A stretch of 64,000 bases of DNA from an uncultured delta proteobacterium (GCA_963716725.1 CAVQUB010000007.1:128001-192000); one strand, 5' to 3'. Shown: positions 1 through 12,500, counted from the first letter of the stretch. Notes: generated by a model not told the origin, from the letters alone. Numbers and translations: made by a program.

Positions 1-1
1 C

Positions 2-397
2 AACGCCGTGTTGCTGCACGCGGGCGTTCCGCTGGCCCTGGCAAACCACAAACACTTCAGCTGGCAGCTCGTGCCGGAAGTGAACATCGGATTTGCCCAG
101 CAGACGCAGAAGGATTTTCAGGCCGCCAACGACGAACTCAAACTCAGCGGCCTCTTGGTCGAGGTGGGTGTGCGTGTAGGTGGTGAGCTCCACTTCGGAT
201 TCATGGGCGTGCCCGAGCTGAGCCTGCAGGGCAGCGTCGGCGCGGTGTTCCAGACCACCACCCGCTCCGGCGAGTACACCCCCCCCGCGGGGGCGAGCAC
301 GTCGTTCGAGGACAAAAACACGGTCATCGGCACCACCGTGTACGACAACCCGTGGAACATCTTCACGAGCAACGTCGCCGCCCTCTACTATTTCTGA
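2..397 (+). CDS. C-terminal part of a probable outer-membrane beta-barrel protein (5' end outside window)
   Basis: Open frame from the window edge; alternating hydrophobic beta-strand pattern; aromatic C-terminus ..AALYYF. Confidence 0.6.
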   Translation, partial: NAVLLHAGVPLALANHKHFSWQLVPEVNIGFAQQTQKDFQAANDELKLSGLLVEVGVRVGGELHFGFMGVPELSLQGSVGAVFQTTTRSGEYTPPAGASTSFEDKNTVIGTTVYDNPWNIFTSNVAALYYF

Positions 398-428
398 TAC
401 ATTCGAAGCTCGAAGGGAATTCGCCCCC

Positions 429-875
429 ATGAAAAACCGCGCTTTGCTTTGGTTGGGTACCGCCGTCTTGTTGCTCGGTTGCGCAAGCACCGGCAACGGT
501 GGCGACGCCTCGGGACTCGATGACGACTACGGTGCGCCCGGCAACTCGAGGAACCCACTGCCCGGCGGCGGCATCGGCACGCCCGGCGGCGGCGAAGGCG
601 GCGGCGGCGGCCAAGGTGCTCAGGGCGGCGGCGGATCCGGCGGCGGCATGGGCGGCGAAGGCGGCGGCATGGGCGGCGAAGGCGGCGGCATGGGCGGCGA
701 AGGCGGCGGCATGGGCGGCGAAGGCGGCGGCATCGGCGGCGAAGGCGGCGGCGGCATGGGCGGCGGCACCGGAGCCTGCGAGTACCCCAACTGCGGGGGC
801 TGCACCGACACATGCGAGTCGTGCTTGTGCATTTACCAAGGGAACGGCGAGGCGTGCGGCTCGGTCTGCGGCTAG
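429..875 (+). CDS. Gly-rich lipoprotein with small Cys-rich C-terminal domain
   Basis: Signal peptide with lipobox LLLGC; GGMGGEG repeats; CxxxxCxxCxxxCxxCxC tail. Confidence 0.8.
   Translation: MKNRALLWLGTAVLLLGCASTGNGGDASGLDDDYGAPGNSRNPLPGGGIGTPGGGEGGGGGQGAQGGGGSGGGMGGEGGGMGGEGGGMGGEGGGMGGEGGGIGGEGGGGMGGGTGACEYPNCGGCTDTCESCLCIYQGNGEACGSVCG
639..743 (+). repeat. Intragenic 21-bp tandem repeat, 5 units (GGCGGCGGCATGGGCGGCGAA)
   Basis: Read directly; fifth unit has ATC instead of ATG. Confidence 0.9.
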
Positions 876-990
876 CGGCGATCGCCACACGTGACCGGCG
901 CTTCGCCGGTCGCTGAAGACGAGGCGCTCGGGTTTCCCGGGCGCCTTCGTCGTTTGTGGTTCTGGCCTGCGGATTGCTGGAGTTGGCGGC

Positions 991-3351
991 GTGCGCGCCG
1001 ACTCTCTCTTGTTGATCGCGTTGTCTCTCGCGGCGGGTCCGCTGGCGGCGGTCGCACCCGCGGCCGCGGGACTCAGCTTTGCGTTCGGGCTGGTCGTGGC
1101 GAGGAAGCGGACCTCGACCCGCGTGCTGGTGCTCGCGGCCCTGGCCTTCGCGCTGGGCGCCGTCGGTGCACGGGCCCGGGTGGCGTCTTGGTCGAGTGAT
1201 TGGCAACGGACTCGCGCCGCGCTGCCCGAGCCTCAGCGCTGCGCGGCCAGCGCGCGGGTCGTCGTCTCTCCCACGCGTCGCGGCGACAGCACCTCGTTTC
1301 TGGCGGAATTGCGCGCCATCGACTGCGAGGGCCGCGCCGTGCCGCCGCTGACGGCGCGGCTCTACGGTGAGAGCCACGATCTCGCACGCGGGGACGAGCT
1401 CGTGATCGTGGCGCAGATCGCGCCGGTTCAGCTATTTCAGAACCGCGATCTGCCCGATCCAAAGCCGGGTTCGGCTCGCCGGCGTGCGACCGCCAGCGGC
1501 ATGATGCTCTCGGCAGACCGCGTGGCGCGAGGCTCTTCGCTCAGCGCCGCCATCGACGCTGCTCGCAGCCACGCGCGCGCGGCCATCGAGCGCTCGTTCG
1601 TGCCCGCGGCCGCGCCGCTGGCGCGCGCCCTCGTGCTCGGTGAGAGTGACCTGGCTCCCGAAGACGATCAGGCCTTTCGCGAGAGCGGGCTCTCGCATCT
1701 GTTGGCGGTGAGCGGCACGCACCTCGTGTTTGCGGTGGCGGCCCTGGTCAGCGCGCTTTCGGCGCTCCTGGTGCGCGTCGAGTGCATCGCGTGCCGGATG
1801 GACGCGGGGCGTATCGCGGCCGCGCTCGGCGTGCCCATTGCCCTCGGCTACGCGGACTTTGCTGGTGGCAGCGGATCGGCCTGGCGCGCCGCTTGGATGC
1901 TCTCGGCAGCGTACCTCGTGCGCGCGCTCGGTCGACACGCTCGGCCGGAGCGCACCCTCGGCCTCTCGCTGATCGTCGGTGTGTGCGTCGATCCACTGCT
2001 TCCGTTCGACGTCTCGTTCCTGCTGTCGGCAGCGGCGACCGTCGGGCTGATCGTGCTCGGGCGTCCGTTCACCCGCCTGACCGCCCGCGTTGGCAATCGC
2101 GCGCTTCGCTTCGTGGCCGGGTCGGTCGCGACGACGCTGTCCGCGATGATCCCCTGCGCGCCGCTGTTGGCGCTGATGTCACCGGAGCAGACCCTCGCTG
2201 GGATCGCCGCCAACACGCTGGCTGCGCCCATCGGTGAGGCGGTCGCGCTGCCGCTCTGTCTGCTTCACCCGGTCGTCAGCGGAGTCGCCGGGCTCGAGCG
2301 CGGCATCGCCTTGGTCGGGTCCGGCGCGTTGCTCTGGGTGCGAGCCGTGGCGCATCTCGGAGCCTCCGCCAAATGGGCTACGTTTGCCGTGCCCGCGCCC
2401 ACCGAGTGGCATTTCGCCGTGCTCGCGGCCGCGGCGCTTGGCGCGTGGCTCCGGCGCCCGCGCTGGGCGTCGCTCAGCCTCGGTGCTCTGTTGCTAGTGC
2501 TGGTCGAGGGCGCCGCGATCCGCGCAGGCCACCCGAAGGGCCTCCTGCGGATCTCCATGCTCGACGTCGGGCAGGGAGACGCGCTGCTGGTCGATCTTCC
2601 CGACGGAACGCTGATGTTGGTCGACGGCGGCGGAACCGTCGGCAGTCCCGTCGATCCAGGAGCGCGGGTGATCGCGCCCGTACTGCGCGCGAGGCGCCGG
2701 GATCGCGTGGACATCGTGGTGCTCTCCCACCCGCACCCGGATCATTTCGGTGGCCTGAGCGCGGCCCTCGCGCGAGTCAACGTCGGCGAATTTTGGGACA
2801 GCGGACAGGGCGAACGCGAGGGCGCGGGACCAGCTTATCGTGCGCTGCTCACCAGCCTCCGAGCTCGGGGCACTCGCGTGATCCGCCCGGCGCAGCTCTG
2901 CGGGCGGCCGCGGATCTTCGGCGCTGCGGGGGTGTCCGTGCTCGCACCGTGTCCGAGCTTCGTTCCGGGTCGCGACGCGAACGACAACTCGATCGTGCTC
3001 GCGCTCGAGCTCGGAGGGCGGCGCGCGCTCTTGCTCGGTGACGCGGAGCAAGCGGAAGAGCGCGAGCTGGTCCAACACTGGGGGCATGCCTTGCGCTCTG
3101 ACTTCCTGAAGTTGGGACACCACGGCAGCCGGACCTCGAGCAGCGCGGCCTTCCTCGACGTCGTGAGTCCAACCCACGTGGGGATTTCCTGTGGACTGCG
3201 AAACCGCTTCGGTCACCCCCACCCGGAGACGCTCAGGGCCCTCCGCGAGCGAGGTGTCCACAGCTTGCGCACAGACCGACATGGGGCCGGATTCTGGCTG
3301 ACGGACGGCGCGAGCGTGCGCGTCGCCGTGAGCGAACCAAGCACCGATTGA
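991..3351 (+). CDS. comEC: DNA internalization competence protein ComEC/Rec2
   Basis: [12 protein letters not shown] competence motif, multiple TM segments, metallo-beta-lactamase domain ([22 protein letters not shown]). Confidence 0.95.
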   Translation: MRADSLLLIALSLAAGPLAAVAPAAAGLSFAFGLVVARKRTSTRVLVLAALAFALGAVGARARVASWSSDWQRTRAALPEPQRCAASARVVVSPTRRGDSTSFLAELRAIDCEGRAVPPLTARLYGESHDLARGDELVIVAQIAPVQLFQNRDLPDPKPGSARRRATASGMMLSADRVARGSSLSAAIDAARSHARAAIERSFVPAAAPLARALVLGESDLAPEDDQAFRESGLSHLLAVSGTHLVFAVAALVSALSALLVRVECIACRMDAGRIAAALGVPIALGYADFAGGSGSAWRAAWMLSAAYLVRALGRHARPERTLGLSLIVGVCVDPLLPFDVSFLLSAAATVGLIVLGRPFTRLTARVGNRALRFVAGSVATTLSAMIPCAPLLALMSPEQTLAGIAANTLAAPIGEAVALPLCLLHPVVSGVAGLERGIALVGSGALLWVRAVAHLGASAKWATFAVPAPTEWHFAVLAAAALGAWLRRPRWASLSLGALLLVLVEGAAIRAGHPKGLLRISMLDVGQGDALLVDLPDGTLMLVDGGGTVGSPVDPGARVIAPVLRARRRDRVDIVVLSHPHPDHFGGLSAALARVNVGEFWDSGQGEREGAGPAYRALLTSLRARGTRVIRPAQLCGRPRIFGAAGVSVLAPCPSFVPGRDANDNSIVLALELGGRRALLLGDAEQAEERELVQHWGHALRSDFLKLGHHGSRTSSSAAFLDVVSPTHVGISCGLRNRFGHPHPETLRALRERGVHSLRTDRHGAGFWLTDGASVRVAVSEPSTD

Positions 3352-3382
3352 CGGGCGGCTCCGGCATCGTTACCCGCGAGCC

Positions 3383-3931
3383 ATGGGCAACGCCTGGTAT
3401 CGAGAGAAGGTCACGACGCTGTACTCCGCCGAGCAGATCCAAGCGCGCGTCCGGGAGCTCGGCGCCGAGATCGCCCGAGACTACCGCGGCAAGCCCTTGG
3501 TCATCCTGTGTGTGCTCAAGGGCAGCTTCGTCTTCGCGGCGGATCTCGCGCGGGCCATCGACCTGCCCTTGCGGGTCGAGTTTCTCGGCGTGCAGAGCTA
3601 CGGTGACGACACCAATTCGAGCGGTGTGGTGAGGATCACTCTGGATCTCGCACGCCCCGTCGATGGCGAAGACGTGCTGATCGTCGAAGACATCGTCGAT
3701 ACCGGGCTCACGCTCGATTACCTGATGCACCAGGTGCAGTCGCGCAACGCCGCGAGCGTCAAGGTCTGCGCCCTCTTGCACAAGCCGGCGCGCACCCAGA
3801 AGAAGGTCTCCATCGACTACCTCGGATTCACCATCGACGACGTGTTCGTCGTTGGCTACGGGCTCGACTGGGCTCAGACCTACCGCAACATGCCGGAGAT
3901 CGGCGTGGTCATTTCTCCGAACGACGGCTGA
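3383..3931 (+). CDS. hpt: Hypoxanthine phosphoribosyltransferase
   Basis: [22 protein letters not shown]-binding motif, FVVGYGLD. Confidence 0.97.
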   Translation: MGNAWYREKVTTLYSAEQIQARVRELGAEIARDYRGKPLVILCVLKGSFVFAADLARAIDLPLRVEFLGVQSYGDDTNSSGVVRITLDLARPVDGEDVLIVEDIVDTGLTLDYLMHQVQSRNAASVKVCALLHKPARTQKKVSIDYLGFTIDDVFVVGYGLDWAQTYRNMPEIGVVISPNDG

Positions 3932-5253
3932 GTCGCTCGAGGCGCTCGCGGATCTGCTTCTCCAGACCCTCGTCGGACGGCTGGTAGAAGCGCCGTTCCG
4001 CGATCTCGTCCGGCAGGTAGGTCTCCCCGGGGACGTGGCTGCCCTCGAAGTCGTGGGCGTATTGGTAGCCCTTGCCGTAGCCCTCGTCCTTCATCAGCCG
4101 GCTCACCGCGTTGCGCAGCTTCATCGGTACTGGCAGCGCCCCCCTCTCCTGCAGAGTCGCGCGCGTGGCCTCGATGGCCCGCTTGACCGCGTTGGACTTG
4201 GGGCAGCTGGCCAAATACAGGCAGGCGTGAGCGAGGGGGTAGACGCCTTCGGGCAGGCCGATCCGTCGATACGCTTCGTCGGCGGCCACCGCCACGGTCA
4301 GCGCGCGCGGGTCCGCATTGCCGACGTCTTCGCTCGCAAAAATGATCAAGCGTCGCGAGAGGAAGAGCGGATCGTCTCCGGCGTCGAGCATGCGGAGCAG
4401 CCAATAGATCGCGGCGTCGGGATCGCTGCCGCGCATGGCTTTGATCAGCGCGCTGGAGACGTTGTAGTGCTCTTCTCCGGATTTGTCGTAGAGCAGCGTG
4501 CGCTCCTCGGCGCCGCGCCGCACGTCGTCGATCTCGAGCTGTGTGGCCTCGTCCGGCAACAGGCTCACCGCGGTCTCCAGCAGGCCCAGCGCTCGCCGCG
4601 CATCTCCGCTGCTCGTCTCGGCGATGGCCCGCAGGGCTTCGGGGGAGGCCTCGAGGCCGCGCGCGCCGAGGCCGCGCTCGCGATTTTCCAGGGCGCGCCC
4701 CAGCAAGCCCACCAGCGCCTCGTCCTCCAGGGCGTGGAGGCGCAGCACCTTGCAGCGCGACAGCACCGCCGCGTTCACCGAGAACGAGGGGTTCTCGGTG
4801 GTGGCGCCGATCAAGGTGATGGTGCCCGCCTCGACGTGGGGCAAGAAGGCGTCTTGTTGGCTCTTGTTGAAGCGATGGATCTCGTCGACGAAGAGCGTGG
4901 TGCGCTGTCCCTGGTACGAGAGGCGCTCACGGGCGGCGGCGATGATTTCCCTGAGTTCTGCCACCCCGCCGAGAACCGCCGAAAAGGGAACGAAATGGGA
5001 GCGCGTTGAACCCGCGATCACGTGGGCGAGGCTGGTCTTGCCGGATCCGGGTGGCCCCCACAAGACCAACGAGGGCACGCGGTCCTTCTGGATCGCGTCG
5101 GCCAGCCACTTCTCGTCGCCGATCAGGTGACGCTGTCCCGACCAGGTCGTCGAGCTTCCGCGGACGCATGCGGTCGGCCAGCGGGGCGTTCCCGGTCGCC
5201 TTGGCCGCCAGCAGCGTCGGCTGCTCCGGCACGTCCCGGCGCCGCTGCGCCAT
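3909..5253 (-). CDS. rarA: Replication-associated recombination protein A (AAA+ ATPase); apparent +1 frameshift near 5136
   Basis: PLADRMRP N-terminus in one frame; [40 protein letters not shown] in the next. Confidence 0.93.
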
Positions 5254-5943
5254 CAGCCGCGGTCTCCGAAGATCGCGGTCCCGACCCGCACCCAGGTGGC
5301 GCCTGCCGCGACAGCGTGCTCCAGATCGTGAGTCATGCCCATGCTGAGTTCCGGCAGGCGCCCGGCGCCGCCGTGGGCGTCGCGGAGCGTCACCAGGCGA
5401 TCGAAGAAGGGGCGCGCGCCGACCGGATCGTCGGTGTGGGGCGGCACCGTCATCAGTCCGGTGAGCTGCAAGCTCTGGTGCGCGCTCGACCGCTCCGAGC
5501 ACCTCGCCCAGCTCAGCCGGCGAGCAACCGCTCTTCTGCGCCTCGCCGCCCACGTTGACCTCGACCAGCACGACCATGGGTTCGCGTCTCAAATCTGCTG
5601 CCCGCTTGCCCAGCTCCTCAGCCAGGCGGACCGAGTCCACGGTGTGGATCGTGCAGGCGAGCTCGGCGACGAGCTTGGCCTTGTTGCGCTGCAGATGCCC
5701 GATCATGTGCCAGCGCAGGCCGTCGAGATCCGCGAGCAAACCGGCTTTCTCGGCCAGTTCTTGCACGTAGCTTTCGCCGAAGTCGCGCTGACCGGCCGCG
5801 TAGGCGGCGCGCACGTCGTCGGCGGGCTTCGTCTTCGATACCGCGAGCAAGCGCACGGTTCTGGGTTCGCGGCCGGCGTTCAAGGCGGCGTGGGCGATGC
5901 GTTCGTTCAGCGCCTCGAGACGTGCGACGATGCTGTCACTCAA
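5253..5943 (-). CDS. yggS: PLP homeostasis protein (YggS family); apparent frameshift near 5470
   Basis: LLAVSKT, WHMIGHLQRNK, then GLMTVPP, ELSMGMTHD, WVRVGTAIFG in a second frame. Confidence 0.92.
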
Positions 5944-7141
5944 GCACCCCTCCGCGTCTGCGCGATGACATCGCGGTAGACCGCCATCGTGGCCTCGGCC
6001 ATGCGGTCGAGGCTGAAGCGCCGCGCGCGAGCCGTACCTCGCGCACTCGATCGCTCGCGCTCCCCCGAGCTACTGAGCAGCGTTCGGATCGCGTCTGCGA
6101 TGGCGTCGGCGTCTTCGGGGTCGACCTGATAGGCCGCGTCGCCGGCGATCTCGGCCAGGCTCGAGCGATCGCTGGTGATCACCGGGCAACCGCAGGCCAT
6201 GGCCTCGACCACGGGATATCCGAAACCCTCGGCGCGCGACGGGAAGAGCTGCGCCACCGCGCCGCGGTACAGTGCGGCGAGCTCGGCGTCGGACACGTAC
6301 CCAACCAGCCGCAGCGCGCCCGAAACGCCGTGTTCCAACGCGGTGCGACGGAGCTCGAGTTGCATTCCGAGATCCAGGCGCGCCGCCCAGACCATGACCA
6401 CGTCGGAGTCGGGAGACCGGCGGCGCACGTTGGAGAGCGCAGCCAGCATGCGCTCGTGGTTCTTGCGAAAGTCTGCTGAGCCGACGCAGAGCACGTAGTG
6501 CGATTCGCCGAGGCCGAAGCGAGCGCGCACCGCGGCGTCGTGCTCGCCCGGTTCGCTGGACCACCGCGACGAGATCGACGCCGTTGTAGACGACGCTGAT
6601 CTTCTTCGGTGACACGCCGAGCAGCGTGGTCAGATCGTTGGCGGTGGACTCGCTGACGGCGATGACGTGGGCGGCGGAGTGAAATCTGCCGCTGATCCAG
6701 CCGCTCCCGGCTAGCCCGAGTCCCGTCGCGCCACCCCACGTAGTGCCGGGGAAAGCGCAGTGGGATCAGATCGTGGCAGGTGGTGACGCGGGGGCAGCCC
6801 GGGGCGCCGAGGGGCGTCGCGCCCGGGTGTCCCGTGTGCAGCAGATCCGGTGACAGCGCCCGGGCCGCGGCCGACATCGCCACGCGGACACGGTAGGCCC
6901 AGGTCATGTGGGCCTGCGTCGCTCGGCCCTTTGCCGTGAGTCGTCCGACTGCGCCGGCCAGATCTTCGGTGACCGACGCGCCGCCCGCCCAGCCGAGGTC
7001 TTCGACACCGAGCACCCGGAGGTCCTCCGCGTTCGCGCTGGCGCGCCCGAGTCCGACGGCCAGGTCAGCGACGTAGCGCCCGATGCCGCGCGTGCGTGCG
7101 TTGGTCGTGAGCACGGTCAGATCGAGCAGGGCCGTGGTCAC
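5940..7141 (-). CDS. Glycosyltransferase family 4; apparent frameshifts near 6688 and 6570
   Basis: RGIGRY, TCHDLIPL, VVYNGVD, RKN and PSRAEGFGYPVVEAMACG motifs spread over three frames. Confidence 0.88.
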
Positions 7142-7163
7142 GGCGACGATCTAGCACGAAACC

Positions 7164-7739
7164 TCAGCCCGAAGACGAGGGAGCAGGGCTCGGGGCGGCG
7201 CTCGCGCCCCCGCGACTGACGCTGATCAGCGCGTCGCGCACGGTCTTGCTGTCGCCGGTCGAGCCTTGAAGGCGGCCCTTCAGCGCATCGCCGTCGAGCG
7301 TCAGGATGGCAAACCCGCCGAAGACACGCTCGCCCGGTTCTTTGGGCACGAAGCGGACTCGATACGAATCGCCGTCCACCTCGCCGACGACCAGGTGCTC
7401 GCCCAAGGCGCCGCTCGCGGATCCTCGGATGGCGCCAGAGGCGCTGATCGTGAACGTCACGCTGCCTCTCCCCTCGAGCGCGCCGCCGTCGTCCGCGGTC
7501 CACTCCCGCGGCCCTTCGTTCTTCGGAACTTCGATGGCGTACGCTTGCGCGTCGTAGTTGCCTTGCCAGGTCTGACTCTTGGCGGGGGCGGCGCTCGCCG
7601 ATGCGCTGGGGGCAGCGCTGGCGGCCATGGGCGCGGAAGGAAGTGCGGAGGAGCTGGCTGCGGGAGTCGGGGGTGCCGGTTGATCGCATCCCACGAACAG
7701 GACCAACGCCAACGCGGTCACCCCGAGGCGCAGGCTCAC
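7164..7739 (-). CDS. Hypothetical lipoprotein
   Basis: Lipobox LFVGC, Pro/Ala/Ser linker, beta-rich domain; 4-nt overlap with the upstream gene. Confidence 0.75.
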   Translation of the reverse strand: MSLRLGVTALALVLFVGCDQPAPPTPAASSSALPSAPMAASAAPSASASAAPAKSQTWQGNYDAQAYAIEVPKNEGPREWTADDGGALEGRGSVTFTISASGAIRGSASGALGEHLVVGEVDGDSYRVRFVPKEPGERVFGGFAILTLDGDALKGRLQGSTGDSKTVRDALISVSRGGASAAPSPAPSSSG

Positions 7740-8809
7740 CTCGGACCCCCGCTCAGGATCTCGCGGATCCGCACGCCGAGCTCACCTTCGACCTCCACCA
7801 ACTCACCGCGGGCGACCTCGCGGCCCGCGACCCGCAATACGACGGGCTCGTTGATGCGCCGACCCGTCTCGATCACGTCGCCGGGCGCCAGCGCTGCCCA
7901 CTCCGCTGCGGTCAGCGAAATCGTCCCGACCTCGACGCGCACCACCACGGGCGCGTCCAGCACCGCTTCGGCGAGCGCCCCCTCCACGCCTTCCCGTTCC
8001 GAACTCATCTCGCCTTCCACGTCGAGCCCCAGCTCGACCACGCAGTCCCCTACCACGACCCCACCGTCCGGCGCCAAGTCCAGCGCGACGCCGCGCTCGC
8101 TCCGCGGCGCCGCCAGAGCGGCTCTGCCCGCACCACGCGGGTCGAGAAGCCAGCCCGCGCCGGGAAGCCAGGCGTCACCCGGAGTCAGCGACCCAAGCTC
8201 GCTCGGACTCGCGACGCAGACGGCCACGACCACGCCGAGACCGATTCGAGCTCACCCAGGGAGGCCAAGCTGACCGGCGGCGCCGGTCGCGCGCTGGCGC
8301 GGATCCACGCGCGCGCCGAATAGGGCCGTCCGTCGAACACGACCGTCGCCGAGACGTTCACGCAGGCCTCCCCGGGTCGCGCGCGACTCGAAGTCACCGA
8401 ACGCCTCCGGCGCCCCGCTCCGCCGCGCGATCTCACCGAGCAACGCGGCGAGGGCACCGGCAACGGTCGCGTCCAGCGGCGTCCCCGGCGCGGTGAGCCC
8501 GACCGGCCGCCCGAGCACGCGTCCGAGCAACCCGGAGATCAACGCAGCGTCGAGGGCGACCATCACCAGGGATCCGTCCGAGGTCTCGAAGGCAACGGTG
8601 TCGGCGTTGGTCGGGAACACATCGACGCTCACGTCTCCAAGCACGAGCGCCGTCTCGACCGACAGCACCTCGGAAGCCGCGCGCCCGAGCGCGTCTACCG
8701 TGATCGCCCGCGCGAGCGCGCGACGAGCGCGCCCCGCTTCGCGCCAGGCCGCTCTCGGGAGGCGCTCCAGCGACGCCCACGGGTAGGCGGAGACCCGCAT
8801 CGGCACCAC
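7736..8809 (-). CDS. SctQ/FliM-FliN family (SpoA domain) C-ring protein; apparent frameshifts near 8365 and 8245
   Basis: C-terminal SpoA motif PVVVRVEVG..L.PGDVI..V.LRVAGREVARGELVEVEGELGVRI; N-terminal part in two other frames. Confidence 0.8.
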
Positions 8810-8903
8810 TCATAACACGGCGACCGGCAATAACCCCTGAATTTCCCGGCGAATTCCCGGGCAATGTCGCGCTGTCGAATCTGACCGTGTTAGCGTTTGA
8901 GGC

Positions 8904-9509
8904 ATGAAGAGCAGGTTGTGGGTGCTGCCCCTCGCGTCAATCGTGTTTGCGCTGCCCGCGACCGCGAAGGACGACGCCGGACCGCGCAAGGATCCCCAAG
9001 GCATCAAGGGCATCAGCCCGTTTTGGGAGCAGATCAAGAAGGGCGACGACCTGTACGTGGCGCGGGACTTCGATGGTTCCATCGCGGCGTTCAAAGACGC
9101 CATCACCAAAGAGCCGCAGAACGCCCTGGGGCACTACCGCATCGGCGAGGCCCACCTCGCCAAGGGCGATACTCAAGAGGCCGAGACCGCCTGGGTCGCG
9201 GCGCTGCGCTTCGTCGGCAACGATCACCCCTTGAAGGCGAAGATCTTGTTCGTGCTCGCCGATCTGCGCGAACGCCAGAAGTCCTACGACGACGCCACGG
9301 ATCGCTGGAACGCCTACGCGCAGTTCGCCCAGCAGCAACCGGCGGCCAAGGCCTTCCCGAAGAGCGCCGAAGATCGCAAGGGCAAGATTGCGACCTGGAC
9401 CAAGCTCGTCACGGAGTACGCTGCGGTGAAGAAGCGCATCGAGACGCGTTTGAACGAGGCGGACGCCAAGGCCAAGGCCGACGCGATCAACTCCAAAAAA
9501 GACAAGTGA
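8904..9509 (+). CDS. Secreted tetratricopeptide-repeat protein
   Basis: Signal peptide; TPR pattern (AFKDAITKEPQNALGHYRIGEAHL). Confidence 0.8.
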   Translation: MKSRLWVLPLASIVFALPATAKDDAGPRKDPQGIKGISPFWEQIKKGDDLYVARDFDGSIAAFKDAITKEPQNALGHYRIGEAHLAKGDTQEAETAWVAALRFVGNDHPLKAKILFVLADLRERQKSYDDATDRWNAYAQFAQQQPAAKAFPKSAEDRKGKIATWTKLVTEYAAVKKRIETRLNEADAKAKADAINSKKDK

Positions 9510-9512
9510 GCG

Positions 9513-12500
9513 TCAGCGCCCGAGGCGCAGGCGCACGTCCCGTCCGAGTGCCGCGTCGGCGCGACGGGCAAAGTCGAGGAACGCGGGGTAGGCCTCCGGC
9601 GTGACGCGTCCGGCCGGAATGTCCAGCACGCGATCGAGCAGGAGGACGCTGCCATCCAGACGATCGGCGATGGTCACGGAGCGATCCGCGTCCTTGATGG
9701 TGACGCCGGCCAACACGTCGCGGGGTGCGGCACCTTTCGGCGGCTGAATGCGCAGGCGGATCTCTTGATGCGTCGCTTCGCCGATCATGAGCGGCGTCTG
9801 GCGTGCCGGGAGCGTCGCGAGTTGGGCGACCCGCGGAGAAAATGGGGGTGAGATCGACAAGTCGCCGCCCACGCTCTGGGCAAACCCCGGCATCTCGGCC
9901 TTCATCTTCAAGAGCAGCGGGTGGTCCAGGTCGTCGAGATGGGTGATCTCGTGGCTCAGCAAGCGGGCGCCTCGGAGCGCCCGGCCCAGGAGCTTCGACT
10001 CCACGAGATCCCGCAGTTGGCTCTCGGGCAGTTGAATGAACGCGCTGCGCACGGCCATGGCGTACTTGCCGGAGAAGCTCTGGACCAGATCGAGCTTCGC
10101 GGATCCGTCCGCGGCCAGATCCACCGTGCCCTCGTAGGTCACGGAGTCTTCGGTGCCGCCCGCCGGCGTCACGATCTTCTTGGGTCCCGCCTCGGTCAAG
10201 ACGAAGGCCTCCACGCCGCGGATCTCAGCCGGAACGTAGCCGAAGGGAGCGAACTTGCTGGCGACGGTGAGCCAGATCGGTCCCTGTCCGGTCGATACGC
10301 GCACCAGCGGTTCCACGTATTGCGTGGCCTGCGTGATCTGGCCCGGAGCCGCCGGCGACAGGCGGTTCTTCGCCACCGCGTATTCGGTTTTGATCCCGAG
10401 CGAGCGGCACAAGGTCATGAACGCCCGCCAACGGTTGCCGCGCTTGCCGACGATGACGCGCCGTCCGTCGGCCTCGGGACCTTCTTCGACGTTCGATAGC
10501 ACCCAGCGGTAGAGCTTGCGGGTGCGTTCTCGCGTCTCGGTCCGCGGCAGCGGCGACACGATCTTGGTCGCGATGCGCCGGATGCGCGGATCGACCGGCG
10601 CGGCTTCGGCCAGTGAGTCGCCCAAGACAGCGACGCGTTCTTCCAAGCTGATACCCCAGCCGACGCGCACGCTCGGGAGGAACTCGGTGATGGGCGGGCT
10701 ACCCGGCTCGACCTCGGCCGCGGGGCTCTTGTCCACGCGCCAGCGCCGGCTCACGATGCCGTCCTTCTTCTCGATGGCAGGCGGCGGCACGTTGCCGTGA
10801 GTCTCGATGGCCAGGTCCTTGCTGTCCGGCACGATCATCACGAACTCGCTGCGCGCGTAGGCGATGTTCTCCTCACGGAAGAACCAGTGCGGGCTCACGT
10901 ACTGCTTGCCGCGGCCGTCGCCGGCCTTGCTCATCACGTGCTCGGTCTCGATGTAGTCGCCCACCTCGAGATGGGGGAAGGTGATGGTCGGCTTGCCGAC
11001 GACCTCCTCCGGCTCCAGTACTCGGCCGTCCTTCTTGATCACGCGGGCGTGCAGCACCACGCCTTCGAGCTTGGGGTGTTCCGCCAGCTTCCCGATGGCC
11101 TCGGGGCTCTGAATGCGGATGACCTCGTGCTCGAGCATGCGGCTCGAGCCGTCGTCATGAACCCAGATCGCGGCGTAGTCGAGCACGCGCGCCGCGGTGC
11201 CCTGCAGCGCGATCCCGCTCGCCTCGTAGTCGCGAATGATGGCCCGTGCGTCGAGCCGATAGTGCTCGAGCTCCGTCGTGCCCTCGACCAGATCCAACGC
11301 CTCCTCGAGGGCGCCAGTTCCCGCGCCGCTTGCCAGGGCGTCCACCAGCGCTTTGCGAAGCGAGTCGCGCTTGCCTGCGCCGTAGCGCGCGTCGGCCAGG
11401 GCGAGTCGCGCGGCGCCGTCCAGCGGGCTCTTGTCGATGGCGGCCTCGAGCTTCTTCCAGGTCTCCGAGGTATTGCCCGCGCGCACCATCACGTCGAAGA
11501 TCCGCTCCGCGAGGTCTTTGCGCTCCGGGTGCCGAGCCCCGATTCGGCGCAGCTCAGTCAGCGCCGCAGCGTAGTCTTCCCGGGCCAGCGCCCGGGTCAG
11601 ACCGACCTCGCTGTCCGGATCGAGGCGCCGGATGCGGGCCGCCAGGGCATCGGCCCGCGCCCGATCGCCCTGCACCTCGTGGACGGAGAGCGCCGCCGAG
11701 AGCGCCTCGACGTCGTCGGGGAAGCGCTCCGCGAGCTTCTTCGCCGCCTCGGTGTATTCCGCGGACCAGCCGAGCTCGCCGTAGAGACGCGCGAGCGCAA
11801 ACAGGAGCCCGGACACCTCGGGGTAAGCTTCCGTGAGCCCACGCAAGCGGCGCACGGCCTCCGTCGGGCCTGCGCGCTCGCCTTCCCAGAGCGCCAGGCT
11901 CAGCTCCGACTGCCAGAGCTTGGGATCCTTCTTGATAGCGCGCCCGTGGAGCTCGCGGGCGAGGTCACGCACGCTGGTGGGATCGAAGAGCGGATCCTTG
12001 TCTGCGAAGGTCGCCGACGCGCCCAGCACGAGACCAGTGGCCTTGGCGTTGTCCTTGATCAAGGGCTCGGTGAGCACCGCCGCGACGTCGCCTTGTCCCT
12101 CGGCGTAAGCCAGGTACGCCAACAAGAAGCGCGACACGTCGTCGCCCGGATCCACGACGCCGCTGGCTGCGATGTGTCGGCTCACGACGTTCGGATCGCC
12201 GACCACCTTCGGAGGCACGACGCTGTACGGTGCCGCGGCGTCGCTGGACGCCTTCACGTCCGCCGGGCGGCCGTCGGCCCGGAGTACGCGCAGGCTGGTC
12301 TGCGGATCCGCGAGACGCGCCACCACGCGGTGCCGACCAGCGTCGAGCCAGACCTGCACGCCGAAGCGCGGCCACACGCCCCAGATACGTGGATCGCGAT
12401 CCAAGAGCTTGGCATCGTCGATGAACAAAGCGAGGGCGCCTTGGGCCGCGATGATCACCTCCATCGATGACTCGAGCTCGAGGAAGGTCTCCGCGTAAAA

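Noticed and set aside
3909..8809. rarA, yggS, GT4 and sctQ-like genes as true pseudogenes or programmed frameshifts
   Set aside because: Isolated single-base indels without slippery sites or other decay; sequencing error is more likely
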